Of a DNA stretch of 64,000 bases, positions 48,581-62,685 are shown in pieces. The first letter of the stretch is position 1. Every line of letters starts with the position of its first letter. The stretch comes from Stegostoma tigrinum (taxonomy: Eukaryota), in the NCBI RefSeq assembly GCF_030684315.1, contig NC_081360.1:9156599-9220598 (forward strand), read 5' to 3'. The notes under the pieces are model-generated. The model was given only the letters and a program-made list of their open reading frames with translations. It searched no databases and was not told where the DNA came from. Made by a program: the position numbers and the translations under genes.

Positions 48581-51009
48581 TAAATGTGAATAGGCTCTGG
48601 ATTAATGAACTGTGCAAGGGCCAAATGGCCTTTTTGGTGTTTGCTCTCTCGTGACTGAGTGAAGCTTTAGTGTAACCACAATGAGACAGCTAGAAGAGAA
48701 TTGCGGGAATTTACCTACAACTGGCCCATTGTTCCCACCAGGAAAAATTAACAAGCAGGAAAAAAATAGGGGGACAATTCTGGATACGCAGTGATAATCT
48801 ATTGGATGACACGTGTTTTAGTTCAATTAGCCTTCGCAAGTAACAGTTACAGGTTCAATTCTGTTAATTGGCACAAGCAATACGTCAAATTTTCTCAAAT
48901 CCCTCTCCACCTTCCATTGCTACTTCATTCAGTCTGCCTTTGGGTGAGGAGTCAGAGAGTTTCACCCAGATCCTCCCAACTCAATGTCACAAAGAGAGGA
49001 AAGTAATTGTGACGCTGACCCCACTGAGAGGCAACTTATTTTTCAGGCTCCAGTGCGAGGCCTTGACTTAGTCAAACAGCCTGAAGTGATCAATCAATGA
49101 CATTTCCAAATCTGAAAGCTCACATTTGGTGCATTTTGTTATTACTGGAAAATTGATCACATAAAATATCAGAGTCCACATTAACATCGGGACAATATGC
49201 ATCGAGTTCCATCAGAAAGCAGCGCTGCATGATCCCCAGATAACTTGTGTGAATTTTCAATTGTCCATAAGCATAAAGGTCAAAATGGAAAATAATAAAA
49301 ATCAATGTAACCGCCGAACATACACATTACCATAGAAACACAAAGATTTCAATCAGACAGCTTCCTTATAGTGAAAGTGTAGTACTGCTCCCCATTGATC
49401 CAGCTTTTTGCTTCAATGATTTGGAAATCAGGTGCAGCGCTAGCAATCAGCTCCATTGACTGACTGGTTAAATAACAATCAGTCACAATGGCGTGAATAT
49501 CATCAGACCTGGAGCATTTTCAATCAAAATGTTTAACAGTTGTAACAATTTCTCATTTTAAAAACAAACTGAAATCCATAGCTATTAGTCTAGTACATTT
49601 TTTATTGTATTTTCTGACATTACCAACTTTAATTTGATTTTAAAAAATCACAAATTTGTTTCAAACTGCTGAACGAGCAAGCACACGCACACACCAAGCT
49701 AAAAGTATCACATCTTTCATAGAGAAACTCATGACAAGCATTAACAGGTGGGCTGAAATAAAACAGTGAGATGATAAATAACGTCAACAACCTGCATTGA
49801 TATCGTGCCTCTCCGTGCCTCATGAAAACTTCCCAAGGCACATCTCAGGACAGCAATCAAACAGAAAGTTGATATCGAGCTGCATAAAGTCACATTAAGA
49901 TAGCTGACCAAAGTATTAGTCAACGAGATAAGGGTCAGTCGAAAGAAAGCTTTAGGGAGAGAATTCCTGAGCTTAGAAACTAGGCAGCTGAATGCACAGC
50001 CACCCAATGCAGTACCAAGGAAAATTAGCAACACTCATTTGGAGGCATATAAAGATCAGAGAGGATCACGGTGGGAAGTTACAAATGTAGGGAAAGAGAG
50101 ACATTGCAGAGAGGAGAATTTTCATAATTGAGGCATTGCTGAATTGGATCTCAATGTTTCTTTTTCATCTCATCTAAGATTAGAAAAATGATAATTGCTA
50201 GTTTTAGAGTTTTTATGAGCTCTCAAACATCACCCTCCTCCACCTCACATTATTTTAACATCTAAACATATACTTACCACTAGTTGCTCAGAGTGCAAGG
50301 CCTGTCTCTGGACTGGGAGTCCTCTAGAGTTAATCAGGTAGGTTTGTCTCTGAGGAACTTGGAGGCAAGAAGAGGAGTCAGATTGGGTTGCTTCCCCAAC
50401 CATGAAGAACGGCATAAAGGCACGAAGTTCAGATTTCAAGCAAACAGTCACAGGATCTAATTAGATATACATTCAGATACAGATACTTTGAAGATTGTGA
50501 TATATTGAAGAATGAGACGCAGCTAGAACTGAGCTACAAAGACAGAGCAGGATTATTCCCAAACGAGATTTTCCTGCTCCAAACACTGTACTTATTCATG
50601 CACTCTTACAAAAAAAAATCCCATTTGCAACAAGTCTTGACCACAAAGCATTGCCCTGGTGCAAAAGTAGTTAGAAGTACTGTGCAAGTTTTGAACCTCC
50701 CTCTGCACATAACACACACAATTCCATATTTATAATTGCAGATGTATCTGGCATGGAAAAGGAGAATATGAGGATACAGATTATACATTTGCATTGTTCC
50801 ACATTTTTTTCAGGATCTGACCTGGAAGAAATGCACATTATAATGTGCACTATGATTCACATGATGTAATACTGTGTTTGTGTAACAAGTACTGAACAAT
50901 TTTGCATAAAATTTACAATATCAATGATCAGAATGATAGAGTGGGAGAGATTAACTTATTCCCTCTGATATTATTTACTGGTTTACAATTTTAAAATATC
51001 CATGTTAAT

Positions 51010-51790
51010 GCAGAGTCATTGAGTAATACAGCATGGAAACAAGCCCTTCGGCCCAAACTGGTCCATGGTGCCCAGTCAGCTAGTTCCAAATGCCTACATT
51101 TGGTCCATATCCTCCCAAACCCTTCCCACCTATGTACCTATCCAAATGCTTTTTAAATGTTGCTATTGTACCTGCCTCAACCACTTTCTCTAGGAGCCCA
51201 TTCCATTTACGTACCACTCTCTGCATGAAGAAGTTGCCCCTCTGGTCCTTAGATCTTTCCCCTCTCACCGTAAACCTGTACCTTCTAGATTTCAATTCCC
51301 CATTTTTGGCATTCATCCTGTCTATGCCCCTCATGATTTTATACACTCTGGAAGATCATGCCCCATTCTCCTATGTTCTAAGGAATAAAGTCCTATGCTG
51401 GCCAGCCTCTCCCTATATCTCTTACTAGTCCTGGCAACATCCTCTTCAATCTTCTTTGCACACTTTCCAGTTTAACGATGTCCTTCCTACAACAGGGAGC
51501 CCAAAACTGTACACAAAACTCCAAGAGTGGCCCAACCAATGACTTATACAACTATAAAATATTGTCCCAACTCCTACATTCAATACCTTGACTAATGAAG
51601 GCCTGTATGCTAAATGCCTTCTTCACCACCCTGTCTATCTATGTTGCCGCTTTCAATGATCTATGTATTTGTATTCCTAGGCCCCTCGGTTCCAGAATAC
51701 TCCTCAGGGCCTTACCACTTGCTGTATAAGTCCTACTTTGATTTGACTTTCCAACATGCAACACCTCACACTGCACAAACGTGCAAAACT
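51010..51790 (-). mobile_element. CR1 LINE 3' fragment
   Basis: MYKIMRGIDR...GNFFMQRVVRKWNGL; CEVLHVGKSN. Confidence 0.88.
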
Positions 51791-52329
51791 GTAACATAAG
51801 CAGAATGAGGAATATCCAATGAAACTTTGGAAAACATTGTATGAAAACATTGTATGGAAACCTGAGTGTGCAGGTGCACACCAGCAGGTCCTGTTCATTC
51901 ATTTCCACTGCTGAAGTCTGCTTATTCACTTCTGCAGTCTCATGAATAGTTCATTCAGTTTTTTGCTTCCCTCAAATTTGACCACTCAGCCTAATTTGCC
52001 TCGTGGCTGCAATGTCCCTGCCCATTATGACACGCAGAGAGGCACCCAGGAGTTCTCACACTTACCATGACTAAACAAATAGAACATTTTAACCTTTGCC
52101 TACTTCCTAGCTTTCCATGCTCTGACAAAGTCTGGTTATGCATGTTAATAACAGATGTTGCTGAGAATTGTAGACTCTTGTCATCCAGAACTCTACAGTC
52201 AGCAGAAAACAACGAGAACTGAATTAGGGGAACACTATCTGCTTTGCAGAATTGTTACAATCTTGAAGGAGGCTATTAGGCCTGCTATGTCTGTGCTGGC
52301 TCACCCTTAGCTCATGGGGAGCATTCTCA

Positions 52330-52620
52330 CCATCGAATCAAATGGTTATGGGTTGAAGTGTCAGTTCTGAATTTAAGCACAGAGACTAGGCTAATCCAAT
52401 GCAGGAGCAACGAAGTGCTGCAATATTGGAGATACCGTCTTTTGTGTGAGACATTAAACTTGAGCCCTCTGACTATAAAAGACCCCATGGTGCTTTTTGA
52501 AGAAATGCCTGGGGGTTCACTGGTCAATTAGTTAATTACTATTTGTTTCTCTCCTTTAGAATGATGACTGCACTTCATTGGCTGAATGTGGACAGGAATA
52601 TCATACTGTTTTGAAAGACA
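52330..52620 (+). mobile_element. Deu-domain (SacSINE/AmnSINE-like) SINE remnant
   Basis: gtgctgcaatattggagataccgtctttt...acattaaact...aaagaccccatggtgctttttgaagaa. Confidence 0.55.
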
Positions 52621-53054
52621 TTAAGCACAAACAAATTATTTCTTTTCTGCTGTGAACTGAATTTCAATCTGTTTTAATTCAATACTGACAAGTTGGTCCA
52701 GAGGTATGGTATATTGGTGCCTTGTTGGGATACGGTGAAGTTTGGAAGGGTGCAGGTAATTCCCCATACATTATTCACTGTGATCCTATTGTGGGGGCAG
52801 AGTGAAAGAGGTGGGAATGCACTAAATCAAAAAGGTAAATCAGACTGCTTCACATCCAAGTAATAAATGGAAGTTGGGCAAACGTGCCTTATCCAACTCT
52901 GAGAAATGGATTGCACTGGACTTGCTGTGTGAATAGGCTGTAAAACTATAAATGGTCAACCAAACTCACCATTTTCTTTAAGCATTTAGTAGAATGCTAT
53001 CTCATGAACATGCGTTTGAAGAGGGTTTGGATATAGTACATCCTGTTTCCAAGT

Positions 53055-53149
53055 CTGAGGCAGGGTCACCAGACCCGAATAGTTAACTGTGTTTTCTCCT
53101 TCATAGATGCCGCCAGGCCTGCTGAGCTTTTCCAGCAACTTTGCATTTG
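53055..53149 (+). mobile_element. Hammerhead mini-element (second subfamily) with ~15-bp TSD
   Basis: Begins exactly at CTGAGGCAGGGTCACCAGACCCGAATAGTT; flanks ATCCTGTTTCCAAGT (53040-53054) and ATCCTGTTTCTATGT (53150-53164). Confidence 0.75.
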
Positions 53150-54900
53150 ATCCTGTTTCTATGTTAGTGGCATTTCTACTAACAGCCGTGCTTTCAGAGG
53201 CAGGGTTCTGTTATTCGTGACCATGTCTCCAGTTACAGAGAAACAAACTCAGGAGATATCTGCCTGGGGTAACTGCGGTCCCTCACTAGCCAATGTCCTG
53301 GCAGAGCACAACAAGCCCAACTTTCTTTCGGTGCCAAATTTTAAACTTGTTTCTTCCCTCGGCAGACATCAACCAGCTGTTTTTTTCTGATTGACAGGAA
53401 GGTTTGCAGCATTCATGGTTTTCTTCTTGGCTGAGTACCTCCTTTCCCAGCCAAAATAATCCACGACTGAAATTGTAAAATTTGCAAGTTTAGGGATTTC
53501 AGAGAGTGCAGGGAAGCTTAAGTACAGCAAGTATCTACATGGTCTTGTTAAAAGAGGGAAATGAAACTGTTGGATCAATTGACATGGAATGCTCACCACA
53601 GAACCTGATATCAGAACAGGGGACAGGGGAAATAAATTTGCTTTTCCATCACCTTGAAGTGAAATCAGCTTTCCCAGCCTCTCGCAGAGTAGCGCTGCAA
53701 CTAATAATGCAACAGCAAAGAGTGGAGGAATTATTTTCTAAAAAAGGGTGTAGAACATATGAAGGGTAAGTATTTGACACCAAGAGTTAGCTGTCCCTAG
53801 TCAGCTGTCTCTCCATCACCCATGAAAGGTTAAGAGTGAAACTTACAAGGCGGAGGGGGGGGCAGTCAGGCAGATTGTACATCATTCAAACATGCTAACG
53901 GTATGTTTCACGGTAAGATACATCCAAGCAGCTTATATTTTTCCTGACAAAATGACCCAAGATTGAAATGTCCAGCCTAGTGATGTGTATGTGCATGGAT
54001 AGCCAGGACTGACCGAATTAAAGCAATTATTTTAATAGATAAATTTAAAACAAGCATCTTAAAATACAAAATATACCTAAAAATGTTCTGTTTCACAAAC
54101 ACTGCCTTTGCACAATAGTCATTACTAAGATTCTATTTTTGGATCATTAGTTAAATTCCTGCATGCTATTTTAACAGTCACTGCACATCTTAAATGGAGA
54201 ATTAGAGTCTTTTCAACTGTTAGATCTACTGAAAAATGTTGCCCATTGGAGTGAATGCTAGGTTTGATTTGTTTTCATTCATTTTGACTAACACAAGCTC
54301 TTTGAGGAAATAATTCATGAAATCCTTATAGACATACAATATTTGCTTCTTATTACCCAGTCCTCACCACTTGTTCAGTGATTAAATCAATTGAGGCTGC
54401 AGAACTAAAGATGCTAAATTACAAAGCAAACCCTCAGAATAAAAAAAAACTCAGCTGGTCACTTGTAATTAAAAACAGACAACACATCCAGCAAAACTGG
54501 GTCACAGATCTGATATGTTAGCTCAGTTTTTCTCTCCAAGTTTCTGCCTGACTTGTCATTTCTACTCGTATTTCAAATTTTCAACATCCACAGTATTTTG
54601 CATTTGCACAAAAAAAAATTATTTGCGTTTGATAAGGCTGCTTGTTCATTGTCAATGGAATGTATACATTTGGTTAGTCATTATGTCCATATGGCCATCC
54701 AAACACGTGCATTTACCATTTGTGTCAAATGGCCTTATTTTATGCATTGGTTCAATTAAACCATAAAAAGTGTTCTTGCAATTGTATTTAACAAGTCATA
54801 TTTAACTTGTGATTAAAAGTCAAGAGTATATGAACAAAGGATATCAATGGGCCCACAAAGTAAATGCATCTTGGCAAGATAATTTATGAAAGGTACTCAC

Positions 54901-54966
54901 GGGTCTGACATTGGTTCTCCGATGGTCCCCAGCATCGGCCATTGCATGTCGTGTGGCATCTCCCAC
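54901..54966 (-). CDS. ERBB4: ERBB4 exon 5 equivalent (start of furin-like Cys-rich domain II)
   Basis: 66 nt, ag|...|gtgagt; (C)[21 protein letters not shown](L); phase joins exons 4 and 6. Confidence 0.95.
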
Positions 54967-55115
54967 CTGTACACGGTAACCACAATTATGCTAAGTTAGT
55001 ACAGTCTAATACTGGCCTACCTTAACATAGTTAAGACATTTCAAATTTGTTTTCAACTATTATTAATTCCCTGGATGTGGACATTGCTGACAAGGCAAGT
55101 AATTGCTGTCCATCG

Positions 55116-55460
55116 TAGAATCATAGAATCCCTACAACGCATATACGGGCCTTTTTGACCCATTGGGCCCATGCCACCCATCTGAATAGCATCCCACCCA
55201 GACACACCAACCCCAACCTCGTAACCCAGCATTTACCACAGCTAACCCACCTAGACCACACATCCCTCAAAACTATCAGGCAATTTAGTGCTGCCAATCC
55301 ACCTAATCTGCACATTTTTGGACTGTGAGAGAGAAGCGAAGCACCCAGCAGAAGCCCACGCGGACACAAGGAGAAAGTGCAAACTTCACACAGAGGTTAG
55401 AATCGAACCCGGGTCTGTTGCGCTGGGAGGCGGAAATTCTAACCGCTGCAGTGCCATGAC
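55116..55460 (-). mobile_element. HE1/V-SINE
   Basis: agaatcgaacccgggtc B-box; ctgcacatttttggactgtg core; atagaatccctaca tail. Confidence 0.85.
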
Positions 55461-55969
55461 CTTAATAGATCATGATCTGTTTCTGAGAGGATGGGGAATG
55501 AACATTTTTCCTGAACAGCTGACCTATGCGTTGTAGGGTTTGCCTCACAATGCTTCTTATTGTCTCAATGTTATATAAAGGATAAAGCAGGAGAAAATGC
55601 TTTCAGACATGATAATAAATGGAAATCTTACACAAATCAGAGAAAACTGAAGATGCTAAAGCTCTTTTCTCCAGAACAGAGGGCTGAGAGAGATATACAA
55701 AACTCTGAACAGAACATACATTAGATCAGCAAATTGTTTCCACTTGGGGAGTCAACAACATAAATATAAGATACTGATTAATAAATTCAATAAAGAAGTT
55801 AGGAAAACCATCTTTAGCCAGAGAGTGGTCAGAATGTGGAGCTCTTTGCCTTTGGGAGTAGTTCAGTCAAACCACATAAACAGATTTTCAAAAATTGCAG
55901 ATATACATCAGATTTTACAGTCGCCAGGAGATATTGGTGCTTTACAGCCAATAGGCTATTATTGAAGGA

Positions 55970-56230
55970 TAGTCACTGTTGTAATATATATAAAAAAGTA
56001 GCCAATTTCTACACAGCAAGTTCCCATGAACTGCAAACATATAAGTCTGCTTTTCGTGATTTTGATGGAGGACAAAATGTTGGGCAGTGGCACCAGGGAT
56101 AACTCCCCTGCGCTTCTTTGAGATATTGCCAAGGCATCTTTTACATCCACCTGTGACATCAAGCAGAGCCTTTGTTTAACACTTCATCTGGGAGAAGGCA
56201 CCTCCAGCTGTGCAGTGCTCCCTCAGATAC
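55970..56230 (-). mobile_element. Deu-domain SINE remnant
   Basis: caccagggataactcccctgcgcttctttgag...ggcatcttttacatccacctg...tttaacacttcatctg. Confidence 0.55.
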
Positions 56231-58409
56231 ATCCATGAAGCAATAGAAGGACAAGCGAGGCTAAATGGCCTCTGCACTGTACAATCCCTGTTATCCTAAG
56301 AACCACTTGGTGACAGCCTGATTGTACAAAAGGCACAAAATAAATACAAATTGGTTTCTTTGTCTAAATGTCTGCTCTTTTGGGATACGTATATTTTCTG
56401 TATTGGAAGTATTATGAAGGATCAAAGATTTTCGACACAAACAAACAGCCTGCATGCAGAGATTTTGTTTTTAAATGCCCAGCAAGAAATTAGTGTCTGT
56501 ACATCTGATCAGATCACACTCAGTGATTTTCAAGCGATTAACCTAATGTTGAGGTTAACCCTGAAGAACGTCCTCACGGAACCACAGAACATGTGTTTAA
56601 ATGGTTTAGGAATTCAATAAAACCTCAATGATAAAAGCACAAGCATGGCTTGTAATGTTATGGCATCTTTTGCAGAGTGGGACATTGACCAGTGGTTTAA
56701 AGGCAGGACCCAAAGAGGTGACTTCCAGTAGGAAGAGCAGGAGCCTGTGGTAAATTTGGATTATTCTTTCGAAACCCGGCATACTGTTTCTCAACAATTG
56801 GTCCACATCATGTCAGAGCACGGCTTCAGTCGTTCAAATAATGCTTTGAGTAATATATTAACGGGTGCTGGGATATTTGCCAACATTTTCTGTCGTGAAT
56901 CTGTTGGTTGATTGTGGGATCTGATTCCACAGATACAGCAGCAGTCCGATCACTTTCTGAGCAGTCATTCTTTGTGCAAGGGCCTGGACACTAAGCATTT
57001 TGAAACTTCCAGGCTATTTAAGTCCGATTGGCAAGAGAAATAAAAGGTCAGTCCTTTAGGACTGAAGCAAGGAGGAATGTCCTCAAGCAGGCAGTTGTGA
57101 ATTTTTAGGAATCTCACCCTCAGGGAGCTGTTGTTGTAGATCAAGATGGAGATTTTTGAACAAACATGAGACTCTGGGAATTTGTGAATAGGGCACAGAA
57201 ATGGAGTTGAAACGTAAGATCAATCATGATTGCACTGAAGAATTCAACAGGCCATGTGAGCTACTTTGTGCATTCTATCAAATGCATTCATTATTCTAGA
57301 AAATGGGCACGCTAGCTAAACTGGCTCCATTTCTTCTGTTTTTGCAGGACAGGGTGCACATATAAGGGTTTCATAAAAGCATTGGAAAAAGGTTGAAAAC
57401 GCTGATCAAAACCAATCAACCAAACCCCAAATCATCATGTTGACAGATAAAAGTAAAGTCTCCTGTACTTTCTCACCACCCCCCCAGCTTTTTCTCGGTG
57501 ATGATTTAACATCTTCCTTCAAGTTCCCAAACCTAAACAACAAATGTGTGACAATTGTTCCTAAGCAAAGCCCAGCTAGCAAATGCCTGTCATCTCCAGG
57601 ATGTATCAATAACAATCTGTTCATCAGAGTTTAATCTGTCTTCCTTTTACGCCAGACCTCTGGGGAAAGAGCTTGGGGAGCAGGACTAATTAGCTAACTC
57701 TTTCACAGAGACGGAACAGGCACAAAGGGCTGAATGGCCCCCTTCTGTGCTAAGCGATTCTTTGATATAGATATCTAGTTACGCCAGATAAAAGCAGGCC
57801 GCACGGGTTCAGAATTTAAAAAAGTCACAGACCATCCACGGTGCATTTGTCTACCCTAGGTTGCTCTTTTTCAGCTGTTGCTCCCTGCAGAGGTTTGTAG
57901 AGACTTGCTCTCTTTAGGGTCATTCTTTTCCCTTCACTTCTCTAAAATGATATCTCAGTTGTTTGATGGGTTCAAAAGGTTATTGCTGTAATTACATATC
58001 TTGTCATGGGCCTTGTTTAAGTGTCACGTTGTTGCTGCATTAGAGTTCATTTGAGGTAATTATCTCTGCAAACTACGGTTGGCTGGCATCGCTTGTGTAT
58101 AATTTGCTGTCATTCCACACCATCTGTTTATTTGTACCACGCATGTATAAGTTGCTTATTCAAAATACATTTTAATGCACTTTGCAGGAAACAAAGACGT
58201 CTTCAGTTACTCTTGTTCTCTTTTTGAATGGGCTATCCTTCTTATAACCGCAAAACGAAATTGGCAATAATTTTAGCTGGTAGAATAAAAGTTCTCAAAC
58301 AAAACCAGACAACGGCATCTGTTCAATGTATTCAATACTTTTCTGGTAAAACATTCCTTCTGCCTTCCCTGCTTTCTTTAACCTGTCCATACCTTGCAAA
58401 TGCAATAAA

Positions 58410-58850
58410 ACCATAAGACCACAACAGATAGAGCAAGATTAGGGCATTCGGTCCATCAAGTCTCCTCCATCATCTGATCACAGCTGATATATTTCTCAAT
58501 CCCATTCTCTTGCTTTCTCCACATGACCTTTGATCCCCCTACTGATCAAGAACCCATCTATCTCTGTTTTAAATACACCCAATGACTTGACCTCCATAGC
58601 CTTCTGCAGCATTGAGTTCCACAGATACACCATCTGCTGGATGAAGAAATTTTTCCTCATCACAGTTCTAAAGATTTGTCCCATCACTCCGAGGGTGTGT
58701 CTCAGGCCCTAGTCTCTCCCATCGGTAGAAACATCTTCTCCACATCCACTCTACCCTGGCCTCTCAGTGTATTGTAAGTTTCAATCAGATCCTCCCTCAT
58801 CCTTCTAAATTCCATTGAGACGAGACTCAGAGTCCCCAGCCACTCTTACA
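58410..58850 (-). mobile_element. CR1 LINE 3' fragment
   Basis: FRTVMRKNFFIQQMVYLWNSML; cataagaccacaa tail. Confidence 0.85.
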
Positions 58851-61800
58851 TTTAAACTCTATGGAGCAGAAAAGCTTACTCAGATCTAATTGGTGTCCAA
58901 TCCAATTCCTTGCCTTTCTGCAATAGAAGGAAACCAAGAGTTCCTTTTTTTATTTTAATCTACTTATGCAGACAATCTTGAGGACATGTATCAACACGCA
59001 CTAAACCCATTCCAAAGTCTTGCTATGACACATTTCTTTGCCCTGTTCTATGTATTACTTGAATGCATTCAACTGCATCTGCCACATAACTCTTCATTCT
59101 GCTGGCCTATTCATATCCTCTTGCTCTTTTTCCCCACTCTAATTATAATTCAACTGTTCTAACAATATATCCAACTTTGTTCTCTTAAACTCCCACTACA
59201 CATTGTAGTAAATGAAAGTTCCTGACCTTCCTCCCACCCCCACCATCTCACCCCAGCCCTGTACACCCTTTTACTGTGGTGGACTGCTCACAACGTCTTT
59301 CCAGCTGACATAAAATCCCTTAACCTGACAATTTTCAGAGATGTGAAACACTACACTACAGAGCATTCTTTATACAGAAACCTATAAAAGCTTGCTTTCT
59401 TTGTGTGAATATGGTGCCCATTAATTCTTCAGCCATCTTCTTTAACAAGCAGGTAAGGTTCATGGAAACTTCTGGCTTAGCACCTCTTGCAAACTCAGGA
59501 TGTTCCAATTCTCTGTCAACTGCCGCATGGTATTCCAGTGAGTATAGCTAGTGGGTCGATCAGTGCAAGGATATTCTTAAGTGTCTTGCTCCATTCAAGC
59601 ACTACCTTGTGTATTAAACAAAAAAAATTCTAGTCCTCAACTGGCAGACTGTGCCACAGGCAATTCACTTGTAAACTTGTAAAATCAAACAGTTTTCAAT
59701 AACTAAATGTACAATCCTGTGAAAAGGAGAAATATTCAGAGAAATTTAAGGGTGGCTGGAGATGAGGCTTTCGATCTGTGAAGGCCAATTAAAAGGTGAA
59801 GCGGTGGGAAGAATGTTCGTTCAGATTCAAAATAATTTGAGTGTTTCCCCCGTCATCATCTGGTCGTGAGTCTAAAATGACTATTTCATTAGGTTCACAT
59901 ATGAGGTGCACTCGAACATTCACATAATTCGAATAATCTATCACCTGTCCCAATTATTCAAACTCATATCCAGCACCTTATATGTTCAAAGTGCTGAAGT
60001 GAAACGAATTAGGATAATAAGAACAAGGCTCAGAATTGAAAAACTGAGTACAAATTCGGTCGTATTTTAATTGTTTTTGACTTTCTGAAAGCAAGTCATC
60101 CTCATGAGAGTTAGAATGCATTTGCCACGTATTCCCACTAAATGTCAGCTAAGTTTAGTAAATAGCATTCCCAATTTTTAATAATAGCTGGTCATATTCT
60201 CACAGGGATCCACTGTTCATTAGGACGGCACATTTCAGCAGTCAGCTCCAGAAGAGCAAGGCAGCCAATGGCTTTGACCTTCCTGTGGTAAGGCTGAATA
60301 TGAAATATGCCTCTTGTGTTTCACTAATATGTCAGAGCTGTTGTGAAATGATTTCACCCCAGCAGGGAATTCACAAGCCTTATTCAGCAATAACAGCTGT
60401 AACCATAGATCATGGAGTGTTAATTAATGATCTCTAATTACTTATCGGGAGTCTCAGCAGCAAATTCATATTCATGGCATTGGATGGCTGCATTAGACAA
60501 CCTACATGAAAAGCAAGACAGTCCATCCATACTTGAAGCTTTTACCCCACCGTGTTACTTCAAATACACTGAATCTTTTTGTATTGGACAAGGAATGCGT
60601 ACGGCAGTCTCATTTCATCTATTTATGCCAAGTCTCAAAGGACTAGCACACAAATTGGGCTTCTGACAATTAAACAGAGTTGGGTCCAAATTAGCTCACT
60701 TGCTCTCTTTGTTTTCCCAGCTGAGACATGACCCCAACTGTTATTCCTATTGCATTGCTCATTGTTGCTCAGTGAGATCCCAGGAATGGCTCCTGTTTGA
60801 AATTTTTACAAAAAGGAAAACAACTAGACTGACAGAAAGCATTGTGTTTACTAAGCCTTCCTTGCAGGGTTCAGTGGGATACTTATTAGCACACTCTGCA
60901 ACGTTGTGATTAATCATTAATATTTAATTCTCTGCAAGAATTCTCGGAACACTCTCTGACAATTTTGACGGGTCCATTACCATCCCTACATGGGATCAAT
61001 TTCCCCTTGAAGGAACCAACGCTTTTTTTCAGTTTTGTAAGTATGTATGGTTTCTTCTCCCATTTTCAAATAATACCCATCTTAGAGGATAGTAGTACAA
61101 GTTATACAGAAGTGTGATCCTATTCATTTCCTGACACAGAAGAAAGGCCAGCAACCCTGAAACATTGTTCCTGTTGTACCATTGAATGGTGAGCTGCTAC
61201 TTTATACCATGTGTGCAACACACTCCTGGGCTTGAATGTGGCCTTGGCCTAGCATTAGATGTGGGTGACCAACAAACAATATTTTTTTTTTAACTTCATC
61301 TCCAAGCAGCAGCAAACAGCTGACATAAAAGTCAATTTCACAACCATCCTCTTCAGGGCTCGAGCTCTGTCTTTGTAAGGTGACAACTAGTAACAATACT
61401 GAAGAAATGCTATCCTGTTGTGATGACCACATTGCAATAAGATGGTAAAGCTAGATCCTATCTACTGGTTGTTGTGCTCATCATTAAAAACCTCACTGCT
61501 TAAAGAAGGGCAAGCCATAGCCCTCTCCAGCTAGTCAACACTTTTCCCATAACGAATATGAAAGTTGATCAATAATACATCCAATGGGATGATGAAGATT
61601 ATCACATCTACATAAAGAATAATCATGGTACTTCAATGTAATTTATGTGTGTGAAGTGCCTGGGATGTTTCTGATAGATGTGACATCAGTCTGTGAATAA
61701 ATGCAAGCCATTCTATCAGTACAGTGCTGTCAATTGAAATTGCTGACAAGGCATGGGAACGAACAACTTAGCCAAACTCACAACATCTAATGTAAAACTG

Positions 61801-61969
61801 CATTTTCCTGGCAACTGGAGTACTCTCTCTACCTGACTACAACACCCTCAGGGCACAAGTTAGCAGATGGTGGGTGCAGCTGAAACAACTCTCAAGAAAT
61901 TCAGCACTATCAAAGATACAATAGCTTTTTTTTAAATCAACAGCCCAAGCAACACCTTCAACATTCATT

Positions 61970-62175
61970 GTCAATACAATGTGGAGCTGCAGGAACACAG
62001 CAGGTCAGGCAGCATCGGAGGAACTGGAAAGTTGATGTTTCAGGTTGGAACTGATGAAGGGTCCTGACCTTTAACATTGACTTTCCTGCTCCTCTGATAC
62101 TACTTGACCTGCTGTGATCTTCCAGCTCCATATTGTATTGGGCTTTGACTGCAGCATTTGCAGTTCTTGCTATCT
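61970..62175. mobile_element. Palindromic hammerhead mini-element with 15-bp TSD, inserted in an old LINE 3' end
   Basis: Arms caatacaatgtggagctgcaggaacacagcaggtc and gacctgctgtgatcttccagctccatattgtattg around CTGATGAAGGGTCC (62051); flanks CCTTCAACATTCATT (61955-61969) and CCTTCAACTTTCATT (62176-62190). Confidence 0.82.
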
Positions 62176-62685
62176 CCTTCAACTTTCATTCCCTGCACCA
62201 CCAGTGCTGCAGCCTGCACCTTGTACAAGACGGAGCAATTACTGCAGCACTTTTACAGTACCTTCCAAACCTACGATTTGTACCACTGTCCTTCAAAGTT
62301 AAACATCATCTTAACTTAGGAAAACAAGATTATTTCTAGATCAATATCATTGGAACCCACAATCTAACAGGCCATATGGATGTACTTGTGCCATACATTG
62401 TGTAAGAAGTCAGCTACTGGCAGCCACATCCTAAGAATAAATTGTAATCATCAAAAGTACTTCACATACACTTACATAATACTAGGTGATGGACTTCACG
62501 TGTAGATTTCACACAACAAATATGAAACACAGAGAGGAAGAAACCAGGTACAACAATGAAAAAAAGTTACTCGTTCTGTCTTCACTTCATTAAGAAATGC
62601 ACAAAAAGATCGAAATGAAGATGAATACACAATCAAACTGGCATCTTAAGATTACATGTTGAACTACAGTGTCAATTACAAATTT

